39,464 nucleotides of DNA, from contig JBKJMH010000153.1 in the NCBI GenBank assembly GCA_046596625.1, positions 1 to 39,464 of the forward strand. The letters run 5' to 3'. Shown here piece after piece: positions 32,031-39,464 of this stretch (position 1 is the first letter of the stretch; each line of letters starts with the position of its first letter). The position numbers and the translations under genes were made by a program. This stretch comes from Vicinamibacterales bacterium (lineage in GTDB: Bacteria; Acidobacteriota; Vicinamibacteria; Vicinamibacterales; CAVVIG01). Under the pieces are notes generated by a model. The model had not been told where the DNA came from. It worked only from the letters and a program-made list of their open reading frames with translations, and made no database searches.

Positions 32031-34309
32031 CGCATCCACTCTCCATCCGTTCGGCGGCGGTGCTCGGCGCCGGCACCATGGGTTCGCAGATTGCGGCGCA
32101 CCTGGCGAACGCGGGCATCCCCGTGCTCCTGCTCGACGTGACGCCCGAAGCGGCGCGCGACGGCCTGAAGAAAGCAGCGGCGCTGAAGCCCGACCCCTTC
32201 TTCACCACGCAGGCGGCGTCACTCATTACTATCGGTGGCTTCTCTAGCGATCTCGCCAGGGTGGCCACGGTCGACTGGATCATCGAGGCGGTCGTCGAGC
32301 GGCTCGACATCAAGCAGATGCTGTTCGAACAGCTCGAGCCGTTGCGTGCACCACACGCGATCGTGTCGTCCAATACCAGCGGCATCCCGATCGCCGCACT
32401 CGCCGAAGGCCGCAGCCACGAGTTCCGGACGCACCTGGTCGGCACGCACTTCTTCAACCCGCCGCGCTACCTGCGCCTGGTGGAAGTGATCCCGACGCCC
32501 GACACCGACCCGGCGGTGGTGGAACGCATCAGCCGTTTCTGCGACGTCGCCCTTGGCAAGGGCGTGGTCCCGGCGAAGGACAGCCCGAACTTCATCGCGA
32601 ACCACGTCGGCCTGTACGGCGTCGTGCACCTGATGCGTGCGCTCGAGTCGGGCCAGTACACGATCGAGGAGATCGACGCCATCACCGGTCCGGCGCTGGG
32701 CCGCCCGAAGAGCGCCACGTTCCGGACGATGGACATCGCTGGCCTCGACGTCCTCGATCACGTGCTGCGCAACCTGCAGGAACGGCAGCCGGAAGACACC
32801 CGTCGCTCCGGCTTCACGCTGCCGCGTATTGTCGCCGACCTCGTGCAGCGCGGCTGGACCGGCGAGAAGGCGGGCCAGGGCTTCTACAAGCGCGAAGGGG
32901 CCGACATCCTCACGCTTGATCCCTCGACGATGACCTACCGTCCGAAGCAGCCGGCACGCCTCGCCTCACTCGACGCCGTGAAAGGCGTGGACGATGTGGC
33001 CGAACGCGTGCGCACGCTCTTCAACAGCCCGGACAAGGCGGGCGCGCTGCTGCGCGACACGCTGGCGCCAACGCTGGTCTACACCGCGGAGGTGACGCCC
33101 ACCATCGCCGATTCGATCGATGACGTCGACCGCGCCATGCGCTGGGGCTTCGGCTGGGAGCTCGGCCCGTTCGAGCTCTGGGACGCCATCGGCCTGCAGG
33201 CGGTACTGGATGTGGCAAAGCCGGCCACCGTGCCGCCACTGGTTGCCGCGCAGCTCGCCTCCGGCCGCACCCGCTTCCGCGACGGCCTGGTGCCACCGGC
33301 CGCACCCGGCCTTCAACTGCTGCGCTCCGCGAAGGAGCGCACGACGGTCCTGAAGAAGAACCCCGGCGGCAGCCTTGTCGATCTCGGCGACGGCGTGCTC
33401 TGCGTGGAACTGCACTCGAAGATGAATGCCATCGGGGCCGACACCATGCAGATCGTCCAGGCGGGCCTCACCGAAGCGGCGACGAACTTCGAGGCCGTGG
33501 TCGTCGGCACCGACGCCGTGAACTTCTCCGCTGGTGCGAACCTGATGCTCGTGCTGGTCGAGGCGCAGGACGGCAACTGGGACGAGATCGACCTGATGGT
33601 TCGCATGTTCCAGAAAGCCACGATGTCACTCCGCTACTCGGCGGTGCCGGTGGTGCTGGCGCCCTGCGGGCTGGCGCTCGGCGGCGGCTGCGAGTTCGTG
33701 CTGCACGGCGACCGCGTGCAGGCCTCGGCTGAAACCTACATGGGCCTGGTCGAAGTGGGCGTCGGCCTCATTCCGGCTGGTGGCGGCACCAAGGAGATGA
33801 CGCAGCGTGCCGCGCGCCAGGCCGCCAGCGCCAAAGCCGATCTGCAGCCCTTCGTCCAGGCGGCGTTCGAGACCATGGCACTCGCGAAGGTGTCAGCCAG
33901 CGGTGCGCATGCACGGCAACTGGGCTACCTGCACGATCACGATCCCATCTCGATGAACCGTGACCGGCTCATCGCCGACGCGAAGGCGCTGGCGCTGGAC
34001 CGCGTGCGCGAAGGCTACCGCCCGCCGGTGCCGGAGCTGATCCCGGTCGGCGGCGAAAGCCTCGAGTCGGCCTTGAAGCTGGGCGTGCACCTTGCGTGGC
34101 GTGCCGGCCGCGCCACCGATCACGACGCGGTCATCGGACGGGCGCTCGCGCACATCGTCGCGGGTGGTTCGCTGCCGCACGCCACGCAGGTGACCGAGCA
34201 GCACCTGCTCGACCTCGAACGCGAAGCCTTCCTGACGCTGTGCGGCGAACGGAAGACGCTGGAGCGGATCCAGCACACGCTCAAGACCGGCAAGCCGCTT
34301 CGGAATTGA
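32027..34309 (+). CDS. bifunctional 3-hydroxyacyl-CoA dehydrogenase / enoyl-CoA hydratase (FadN-like, 760 aa)
   Basis: N-terminal NAD fold AVLGAGTMGSQIAAHLANAGIPVLLLD and HFFNPPRY. C-terminal crotonase-like segment (VNFSAGANLMLV, GLALGGGCEFVLH). Same domain order as B. subtilis FadN. Confidence 0.92.
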   Translation: MTHPLSIRSAAVLGAGTMGSQIAAHLANAGIPVLLLDVTPEAARDGLKKAAALKPDPFFTTQAASLITIGGFSSDLARVATVDWIIEAVVERLDIKQMLFEQLEPLRAPHAIVSSNTSGIPIAALAEGRSHEFRTHLVGTHFFNPPRYLRLVEVIPTPDTDPAVVERISRFCDVALGKGVVPAKDSPNFIANHVGLYGVVHLMRALESGQYTIEEIDAITGPALGRPKSATFRTMDIAGLDVLDHVLRNLQERQPEDTRRSGFTLPRIVADLVQRGWTGEKAGQGFYKREGADILTLDPSTMTYRPKQPARLASLDAVKGVDDVAERVRTLFNSPDKAGALLRDTLAPTLVYTAEVTPTIADSIDDVDRAMRWGFGWELGPFELWDAIGLQAVLDVAKPATVPPLVAAQLASGRTRFRDGLVPPAAPGLQLLRSAKERTTVLKKNPGGSLVDLGDGVLCVELHSKMNAIGADTMQIVQAGLTEAATNFEAVVVGTDAVNFSAGANLMLVLVEAQDGNWDEIDLMVRMFQKATMSLRYSAVPVVLAPCGLALGGGCEFVLHGDRVQASAETYMGLVEVGVGLIPAGGGTKEMTQRAARQAASAKADLQPFVQAAFETMALAKVSASGAHARQLGYLHDHDPISMNRDRLIADAKALALDRVREGYRPPVPELIPVGGESLESALKLGVHLAWRAGRATDHDAVIGRALAHIVAGGSLPHATQVTEQHLLDLEREAFLTLCGERKTLERIQHTLKTGKPLRN

Positions 34310-34336
34310 TGGTCGTTGGTCGTTGGTCGTTGGTCG
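34310..34336. repeat. tandem heptamer repeat (TGGTCGT x 3.9)
   Basis: TGGTCGT TGGTCGT TGGTCGT TGGTCG directly after the fadN-like stop codon (TGA 34307-34309). It is followed by a bulged hairpin CGTAgccGCGGACC-ttca-GGTCCGCTACG at 34346-34374. Confidence 0.85.
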
Positions 34337-34381
34337 CGGGAAGACCGTAGCCGCGGACCTTCAGGTCCGCTACGAGAAGCA

Positions 34382-35194
34382 ATGACGGATCCGTTCACCA
34401 TCGTGGAGCGAGGCGCCGGCGCGCCGCTGGTCCTCATCCCGGGCATCCAGGGACGCTGGGAGTACTCGCGTGCGCTCGTGACGGCGCTGGCGCGCTCGTA
34501 CCGCGTCATCACGTTCTCGCTCGGCGATGAACGTGCTGGCCGCACCGGACCGCAGCCGATCGACGTCTTTGCCGACCAGGTGGAGTCGGTGCTCGACCGG
34601 CTCGGCGTCGAGCGCGCGGCGATTGTCGGCGTGTCGTTCGGCGGGCTCGTGGCGCTCAGGTTCGCTGCCGTCCGCCCGCACCGCACCGCCGCGCTGACGA
34701 TGGTGTCGGCGCCAGGGCCGCGCTGGCACCTGCGCCCGCGCCACGACATCTACGCGCGGCTGCCGGGGCTCTTCGGGCCACTGTTCCTCATCGAGTCGCC
34801 GTTCCGGTTGCGCAAGGAGATTCAGGCGGCGCTACCGGATTGGCGTGCACGGCTTGCGTACCTGCGCGAGCAGGCCGGCATCGTGGCGGTGGCACGAGTC
34901 TCCCTGGCGCGCATGGCGGCGCGTGCACGACTCATTGGTTCGTACGACCGCGTCGCCGATGCGGCGGCCGTGACGGCTCCGACGCTCATCATCCAGGGAG
35001 ATGATGCACTGGACCACGTGACCGGCTACGGCGGCACGGCGGAATATGCGCGGCTCATCGCACATGCTCGCCATGGTCAGCTGGACCGCACCGGGCATCT
35101 CGGCTCCGTGACGAGACCGGACGAGTGCGCGGCTCTCATTCATCAATTTCTCGTCGACACCAAGAAGGACAGTCGTGACAGCAGTGCTGCGTGA
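34382..35194 (+). CDS. alpha/beta hydrolase
   Basis: GVSFGG nucleophile elbow, IIQGDDALD acid, and TGHLG histidine region. ATG at 34382; the ORF-track TTG at 34316 lies inside the heptamer repeat. Confidence 0.85.
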   Translation: MTDPFTIVERGAGAPLVLIPGIQGRWEYSRALVTALARSYRVITFSLGDERAGRTGPQPIDVFADQVESVLDRLGVERAAIVGVSFGGLVALRFAAVRPHRTAALTMVSAPGPRWHLRPRHDIYARLPGLFGPLFLIESPFRLRKEIQAALPDWRARLAYLREQAGIVAVARVSLARMAARARLIGSYDRVADAAAVTAPTLIIQGDDALDHVTGYGGTAEYARLIAHARHGQLDRTGHLGSVTRPDECAALIHQFLVDTKKDSRDSSAA

Positions 35195-35849
35195 GCTCCA
35201 GGGACCTGCGGGTCGTCTCGAAGCCATTCTCGATCTCCCCGCACCAAAGGGGGTGACGAGCGACGGGCTCGCCGCCAGTGGTGCCGACGGCGGCCTGCGC
35301 GCCGCGGTCGTGCTCGGTCATCCCCACCCGCAGTTCGGCGGGACGATGCACACAAAGGGGATCTATCACGCAGCCAAAGGGCTGACGCGCATCGGCTGCG
35401 CGGTGCTCCGCTTCAACTTCCGCGGCGTCGGCAAGAGCGAGGGCGCGTGGGATGAAGGGCGGGGCGAGCGCGACGACGTCCTGGCCGGACTCGACCTCAT
35501 GGCGGCCCGCTTTCCCGGCGTGCCGTTGTGGGCCGGCGGCATGTCGTTCGGCGCGTGGGTCGGCATGAACGTCGGCGTGGACGACCCGCGCGTATCGGCG
35601 CTCATCGGCATCGCCGCTCCCGTGAACAAGTGGGACTTCGCCGAGGTGGAGAAGAGTACGAAGCCGAAGTTCTTCGTGCACGGCGAGATGGACGAAATCT
35701 GCGGCTTCCGCGAGATCAACGCGTTCTACGCCCGTGCCGCCGAACCGAAGGAACTGGTCATCATCGACTCGTCCGACCATCTCTTCAACGGCGTCGTGGC
35801 TGAAGTGGCCGACGCGCTCGAGTCGCTGCTCGGCGACTGGAATGGATGA
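35175..35849 (+). CDS. alpha/beta hydrolase (COG2945-like small hydrolase)
   Basis: VLGHPHPQFGGTMH, RFNFRGVGKSEG, GMSFGA nucleophile elbow, HGEMDEI, SDHLF. GTG start preceded by AAGAAGGA; it overlaps the end of the previous gene by 20 nt. Confidence 0.85.
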   Translation: MTAVLRELQGPAGRLEAILDLPAPKGVTSDGLAASGADGGLRAAVVLGHPHPQFGGTMHTKGIYHAAKGLTRIGCAVLRFNFRGVGKSEGAWDEGRGERDDVLAGLDLMAARFPGVPLWAGGMSFGAWVGMNVGVDDPRVSALIGIAAPVNKWDFAEVEKSTKPKFFVHGEMDEICGFREINAFYARAAEPKELVIIDSSDHLFNGVVAEVADALESLLGDWNG

Positions 35850-35852
35850 ACC

Positions 35853-37022
35853 ATGCATGACGCTGTGATTGTCTCCGCCGTTCGTACAGCCACCGGCAAG
35901 GCGCCGGCCGGCACACTCCGCGGCACACGACCGGACGAACTGGCAGCGGCGGTCATCGCCGAGGCGCTGCGGCGTGCGGTCGGTATCGACGCCGCCGACG
36001 TCGAGGACATCATCCTCGGCTGCGCGATGCCCGAAGGCGAGCAGGGGATGAACGTCGCGCGCATTGCCAGCCTGCGCGCCGGCGTGCCCGTGAGTGCCTC
36101 GGCCGTGACCGTGAATCGCTTCTGCTCGTCGGGCCTGCAGGCCATCGCCTACGCGGCAGAGCGCATCATGACCGGAGGGTCGTCGGTCATCGTCGCCGGC
36201 GGCACCGAGTCGATGAGCATGATCCCGATGGGCGGGTTGAAAGTGTCGCCGAATCCGTCTCTGATGCACACCTATCCCGACGTGTATCTCAGCACCGGGC
36301 TCGTGGCCGAGAACCACGTGAAGGACTACGGCATCTCGCGCGAGGAACAGGATGCCTTCGCGCTGCGCAGCCACCAGCGGGCCCTGGCCGCCATCGACGC
36401 GGGCCGCTTCATCGAGGAGATCGTCCCGATCACGGCACGCCTGTTCGACACGACGACCGGCACGACCGTCGAGACCCTCTTCAGCGTCGACGAGGGGCCA
36501 CGGCGCGACACCTCGGCCGCGGCGCTCGCGAAGTTGCGACCGGCGTTCCATGTCGCCGGCAGCGTCACCGCCGGCAACTCCTCGCAGATGAGCGACGGCG
36601 CCGCGGCCGTGGTCATCACCAGCGCGGAGGTGGCACAGGCGCGCGGGCTCGCACCGCTGGCGCGCTTCGTCGCCTATGCGACGGCAGGCGTCGAGCCCGA
36701 GAAGTTCGGCATCGGCCCGGTGCCGGCCGTGCGAAAGGTGCTGAAGCTGGCCGGGCTGACACTCGACCAGATGGATGTCGTCGAGTTGAACGAGGCGTTT
36801 GCGGCGCAGGCACTGGCCTGCCTGCGCGAACTGCCGATCGATCCAGACAGGCTCAACGTGAACGGCGGTGCCATTGCGCTCGGGCATCCACTCGGGTGCA
36901 CCGGCGCGAAACTTACGGCGACGGCGCTCCATGAACTGCGGCGACGCAACGGACGCTATGCCATGGTGACCATGTGCGTGGGCGGCGGCATGGGCGCGGC
37001 CGGCATTTTCGAACGGATGTAG
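35853..37022 (+). CDS. fadA: acetyl-CoA C-acyltransferase (thiolase)
   Basis: [12 protein letters not shown] (active-site Cys), [22 protein letters not shown], and the MCVGGGMG C-terminal thiolase signatures. Confidence 0.95.
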   Translation: MHDAVIVSAVRTATGKAPAGTLRGTRPDELAAAVIAEALRRAVGIDAADVEDIILGCAMPEGEQGMNVARIASLRAGVPVSASAVTVNRFCSSGLQAIAYAAERIMTGGSSVIVAGGTESMSMIPMGGLKVSPNPSLMHTYPDVYLSTGLVAENHVKDYGISREEQDAFALRSHQRALAAIDAGRFIEEIVPITARLFDTTTGTTVETLFSVDEGPRRDTSAAALAKLRPAFHVAGSVTAGNSSQMSDGAAAVVITSAEVAQARGLAPLARFVAYATAGVEPEKFGIGPVPAVRKVLKLAGLTLDQMDVVELNEAFAAQALACLRELPIDPDRLNVNGGAIALGHPLGCTGAKLTATALHELRRRNGRYAMVTMCVGGGMGAAGIFERM

Positions 37023-37024
37023 CC

Positions 37025-38803
37025 ATGACCACCAACCCCGGATCGACACTGCGCGGCGGCGAGTTCCTGCTGCGGAGCGCGGCAGCGGCAGACATCTTCA
37101 CACCCGAGCAACGGACCGACGAGCATCGCATGATCGGCGACACCGTGCGCGACTTCGTCACCAACGAAGTGCTGCCGGTGCTCGACCGCCTCGAAGCGAA
37201 GGACTGGGCGTTGTCGCGCGAGCTGGTGAAGCGGGGCGCAGCGCTCGGCATCATGGGCGCTGACGTGGCGGAGGAACACGGCGGCCTCGCGCTCGACAAG
37301 GTGTCCTCCGTGGTCATCAGCGAACAGATCTCGAGGTCGGCCTCGTTCGCGGCGACGTTCGGGGCGCACGCCAACCTTGTCATCCTGCCGTTGTCGCTGT
37401 TCGGCACTGCAGCCCAGAAGCAGCAGTACCTGCCACGTCTGTTGAACGGCGAGCTGATTGGCGGCTACTGCCTCAGCGAGCCCGGGGCGGGGTCGGACGC
37501 CCTCGGCGCGAGGACGCGCGCCACGAAGCAGGCGGACGGCAGCTATCTCCTGAGCGGCGAGAAGATGTGGATCACGAACGGCGGGTTCGCCGACGTCTTC
37601 ATCGTCTTTGCCAAGGTGGATGGCGAGCACTTCACGGCGTTCATCGTCGAGCGGGCGTTCGGCGGGCTGACCAGCGGCAAGGAGGAGCACAAGATGGGGC
37701 TCCACGGCTCGTCTACGACGCCCATCCTGCTGCAGGACGTGCGGGTGCCACCGGAGAATGTGCTCGGCGAGGTGGGCCGGGGGCACAAGGTGGCGTTCAA
37801 CGTGCTGAACTTCGCGCGCTACAAGCTCGGTGCGATGTGCAGCGGCGGCGCCCAGGGCGCCATCGGCGAGTCGGCACGGTACGCGGCGCAGCGCCGGCAG
37901 TTCGGCCAGCCCATTGCCTCGTTCGGCGCCATCAGGCACAAGCTCGGTGAGATGGTGGTGCGCGCCTTTGCGGTGGAGAGCCTCATCTACCGAACGGCGG
38001 GGATGATCGATGCGCGCGTGGCGGCTACCCCGCACGACGCGGCCGATCAGTCGGTAGTGCTCCAGGCCGTGGAGGAGTACGCCGTCGAAGCGTCGATCGC
38101 CAAGGTGGCCGGCAGCGAGATGATGAACTTCGTCCTCGACGAGAACATCCAGGTGCACGGCGGCAACGGCTACGTGCGCGACTACCCGGCCGAACGCGAG
38201 TTCCGCGATTCGCGGGTGAACCGCATCTTCGAGGGCACGAACGAGATCAACCGGCTGCTCATTCCCGGCATGCTGGCGCGGCGCGCGGCGAAGGGGGACA
38301 TCGCTCTCATCGCGGCGGCGAAAGCGCTGCAGGACGAACTACTTGGTCCGCCGGCGCTGCCGACCGACGATGACACACCGCTGGCCGACGAGCGGCGAGC
38401 CGTCGCTGCGTTCAAGAAGGCGTCGCTCATGGTGCTTGGCCTCGCCATGCAGACCTATCGTGAAAAGCTCGGCGAGCAGCAGGAGGTGCTGTTGCACCTG
38501 GCCGACATGATCATCGACACCTACGCTGCCGAGAGCGCGCTGCTCCGCGCCTCGGCTGCCGCCACGGCCAACCGCACCGGGGCCGCGCTGCAGGCCGATG
38601 CGACGCGCGTGTTCGTCAACGACGCCGCCATGCGCATCGAGGCGTCGGCGAAGCAGGCCCTGGCGGCCATGCTCGATGGCGACACGCTGCGGACGATGGT
38701 GGCGGCACTGAAACGGCTGTTCCGGCAGATGCCGATCAACACCGCTGCGCTGCGCCGGACGCTGGCCGACGAAGCCGTCGCCCGCGGCGCATATCCGTTC
38801 TGA
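37025..38803 (+). CDS. long (FadE-type, ~590 aa) acyl-CoA dehydrogenase with a C-terminal extension
   Basis: YCLSEPGAGSDA, MWITNGGFADVF, QVHGGNGYVRDYPAEREFRDSRVNRIFEGTNEI. ATG 37025 lies 2 nt after the thiolase stop; the upstream part of the ORF overlaps the thiolase. Confidence 0.93.
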   Translation: MTTNPGSTLRGGEFLLRSAAAADIFTPEQRTDEHRMIGDTVRDFVTNEVLPVLDRLEAKDWALSRELVKRGAALGIMGADVAEEHGGLALDKVSSVVISEQISRSASFAATFGAHANLVILPLSLFGTAAQKQQYLPRLLNGELIGGYCLSEPGAGSDALGARTRATKQADGSYLLSGEKMWITNGGFADVFIVFAKVDGEHFTAFIVERAFGGLTSGKEEHKMGLHGSSTTPILLQDVRVPPENVLGEVGRGHKVAFNVLNFARYKLGAMCSGGAQGAIGESARYAAQRRQFGQPIASFGAIRHKLGEMVVRAFAVESLIYRTAGMIDARVAATPHDAADQSVVLQAVEEYAVEASIAKVAGSEMMNFVLDENIQVHGGNGYVRDYPAEREFRDSRVNRIFEGTNEINRLLIPGMLARRAAKGDIALIAAAKALQDELLGPPALPTDDDTPLADERRAVAAFKKASLMVLGLAMQTYREKLGEQQEVLLHLADMIIDTYAAESALLRASAAATANRTGAALQADATRVFVNDAAMRIEASAKQALAAMLDGDTLRTMVAALKRLFRQMPINTAALRRTLADEAVARGAYPF

Positions 38804-38808
38804 CACAC

Positions 38809-39240
38809 ATGCATACACACCGAACGCCATGGCACCTGTGGATCGTGGGCGGCCTCGCGCTGCTCTGGAACGCGATGGGCGCGTTCGACTACTCGATGAC
38901 CCAGTCGAGGAATGCGGCCTACATGGCCAGCTTCACACCCGAGCAACTGGCGTTCTTCTACGGGATGCCCAGGCTGGTGGTGTCGGCGTGGGCGGTGGGG
39001 GTCTTCGGTGGCCTCGCCGGTACGCTGCTGCTCCTGCTGCGCCGACGCCTGGCGGTGTGGCTGCTGCTCGCGTCGGTCCTGGGCGTGGTGACCACCACGT
39101 TCCACAACTACGTGCTGGCGGACGGCCTGGCGGTGGCGGGCGACCCCTTCTCCCTGATCTTCACCGCCGTCATCTTCATCGTCGCACTCGGCCTGTTCCT
39201 TTACGCGAGCACCATGCGCACGCGCGGCGTGCTCGCCTGA
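38809..39240 (+). CDS. hypothetical membrane protein (4 predicted TM helices)
   Basis: 143-aa ORF in the same direction as the fad genes. Hydrophobic segments LWIVGGLALLWNAMGAF, LVVSAWAVGVFGGLAGTLLLLL, LAVWLLLASVLGVVTT and LIFTAVIFIVALGLFLY. No family recognised. Confidence 0.7.
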   Translation: MHTHRTPWHLWIVGGLALLWNAMGAFDYSMTQSRNAAYMASFTPEQLAFFYGMPRLVVSAWAVGVFGGLAGTLLLLLRRRLAVWLLLASVLGVVTTTFHNYVLADGLAVAGDPFSLIFTAVIFIVALGLFLYASTMRTRGVLA

Positions 39241-39253
39241 CCATCGAGTCCCC

Positions 39254-39464
39254 ATGCCCTTGACCACCCCTCCCGTCGCTCGCACGTCCATGCGCATCAG
39301 GCGTCCGGTCGCTGAGGTCTTCGAGGCGTTCGTCGATCCAGACGTCACCGCGAAGTTCTGGTTCTCGCGCGGCAGCGAGCGCCTGACGGAAGGCGCTCTG
39401 GTGATATGGCACTGGGACATGTACGGGTTCGCAGCCGAGGTGCGGGTGACGGCACTCGAGCTGA
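39254..39464 (+). CDS. SRPBCC / AHSA1-like (START-fold) protein, 5' partial: runs off the window end
   Basis: My own translation from ATG 39254 gives MPLTTPPVARTSMRIRRPVAEVFEAFVDPDVTAKFWFSRGSERLTEGALVIWHWDMYGFAAEVRVTALEL. The I.RP.EEVF.AF.DP......W pattern is typical of the Aha1/SRPBCC family. It is not in the ORF track because there is no stop inside the window. Confidence 0.72.
   Translation, partial: MPLTTPPVARTSMRIRRPVAEVFEAFVDPDVTAKFWFSRGSERLTEGALVIWHWDMYGFAAEVRVTALEL

Noticed and set aside
35136-37049. 637-aa minus-strand ORF opposite the second hydrolase and the thiolase. Similar long antisense ORFs occur at 36956-38158, 22960-24333, 21359-22543, 25363-26331, 2967-4430, 8372-9466 and 16922-18193.
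   Set aside because: All lie opposite confidently assigned genes, have Arg/Ala/Gly/His-rich translations without motifs, and lack ribosome-binding sites. I treat them as shadow ORFs.
1-39464. CRISPR arrays, rRNA genes, insertion sequences
   Set aside because: Reading both strands, I found no regularly spaced 25-40-bp direct repeats, no rRNA-like conserved stretches, and no transposase-like ORFs. The only tandem repeat is the 7-mer at 34310-34336.

Overview
This is a GC-rich bacterial chromosomal segment. It looks like core genome: I saw no transposase, integrase, phage or CRISPR signatures. Lineage cannot be fixed without a database search; the gene content is compatible with an Acidobacteriota- or Gemmatimonadota-like organism.

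**Layout**
- 2-77: a CAU-anticodon tRNA, followed by about 170 nt of unassigned sequence and the only canonical intrinsic terminator in the window (249-280).
- 324-4418: a COG1579 zinc-ribbon protein, pgeF/yfiH, a truncated acpS head-to-head with pgeF, a small SpoVG-like ORF, and a TIGR03960-like radical SAM gene.
- 4595-19684, minus strand: a tightly packed, translationally coupled dcw operon, mraZ-rsmH-ftsL-ftsI-murE-mraY-murD-ftsW-murG-murC-ftsQ-ftsA-ftsZ. murF, murB and ddl are absent from it. A near-consensus TTGACA-17-TACTAT promoter is followed by three GTGG repeats at exact 10-bp phasing (MraZ-box-like). A 204-nt murD-ftsW gap carries an inverted repeat with 26-bp arms.
- 19957-24639, plus strand, divergent from mraZ: five coupled genes. 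They are two polyprenyl-phosphate-type GT2 transferases, an extended SDR lacking the catalytic Tyr, a DegT/ArnB-type aminotransferase, and an ArnA-decarboxylase-like SDR. I read this as an Arn-like lipid-linked amino-sugar module.
- 24655-28254: a secreted PQ-rich protein, yqeY, murJ and a rhomboid protease.
- 28258-29112, minus strand: DoxX and a cupin.
- 29165-38803: a fused E1 alpha/beta 2-oxoacid dehydrogenase, then a Bacillus-style fatty-acid degradation unit. This unit is a TetR/FadR-like repressor with a perfect 9-6-9 palindrome at its promoter, a FadN-like bifunctional enzyme, two alpha/beta hydrolases, a thiolase and a long acyl-CoA dehydrogenase.
- 38809 to the end: a small membrane protein and a partial SRPBCC gene.

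The many long ORFs antisense to these genes are high-GC artefacts. I found nothing that clearly looks like a wholly new system. The most checkable oddities are the Arn-like module beside dcw and murJ, the Tyr-less SDR, the murD-ftsW palindromic element, the interrupted acpS, and the regulatory sites.
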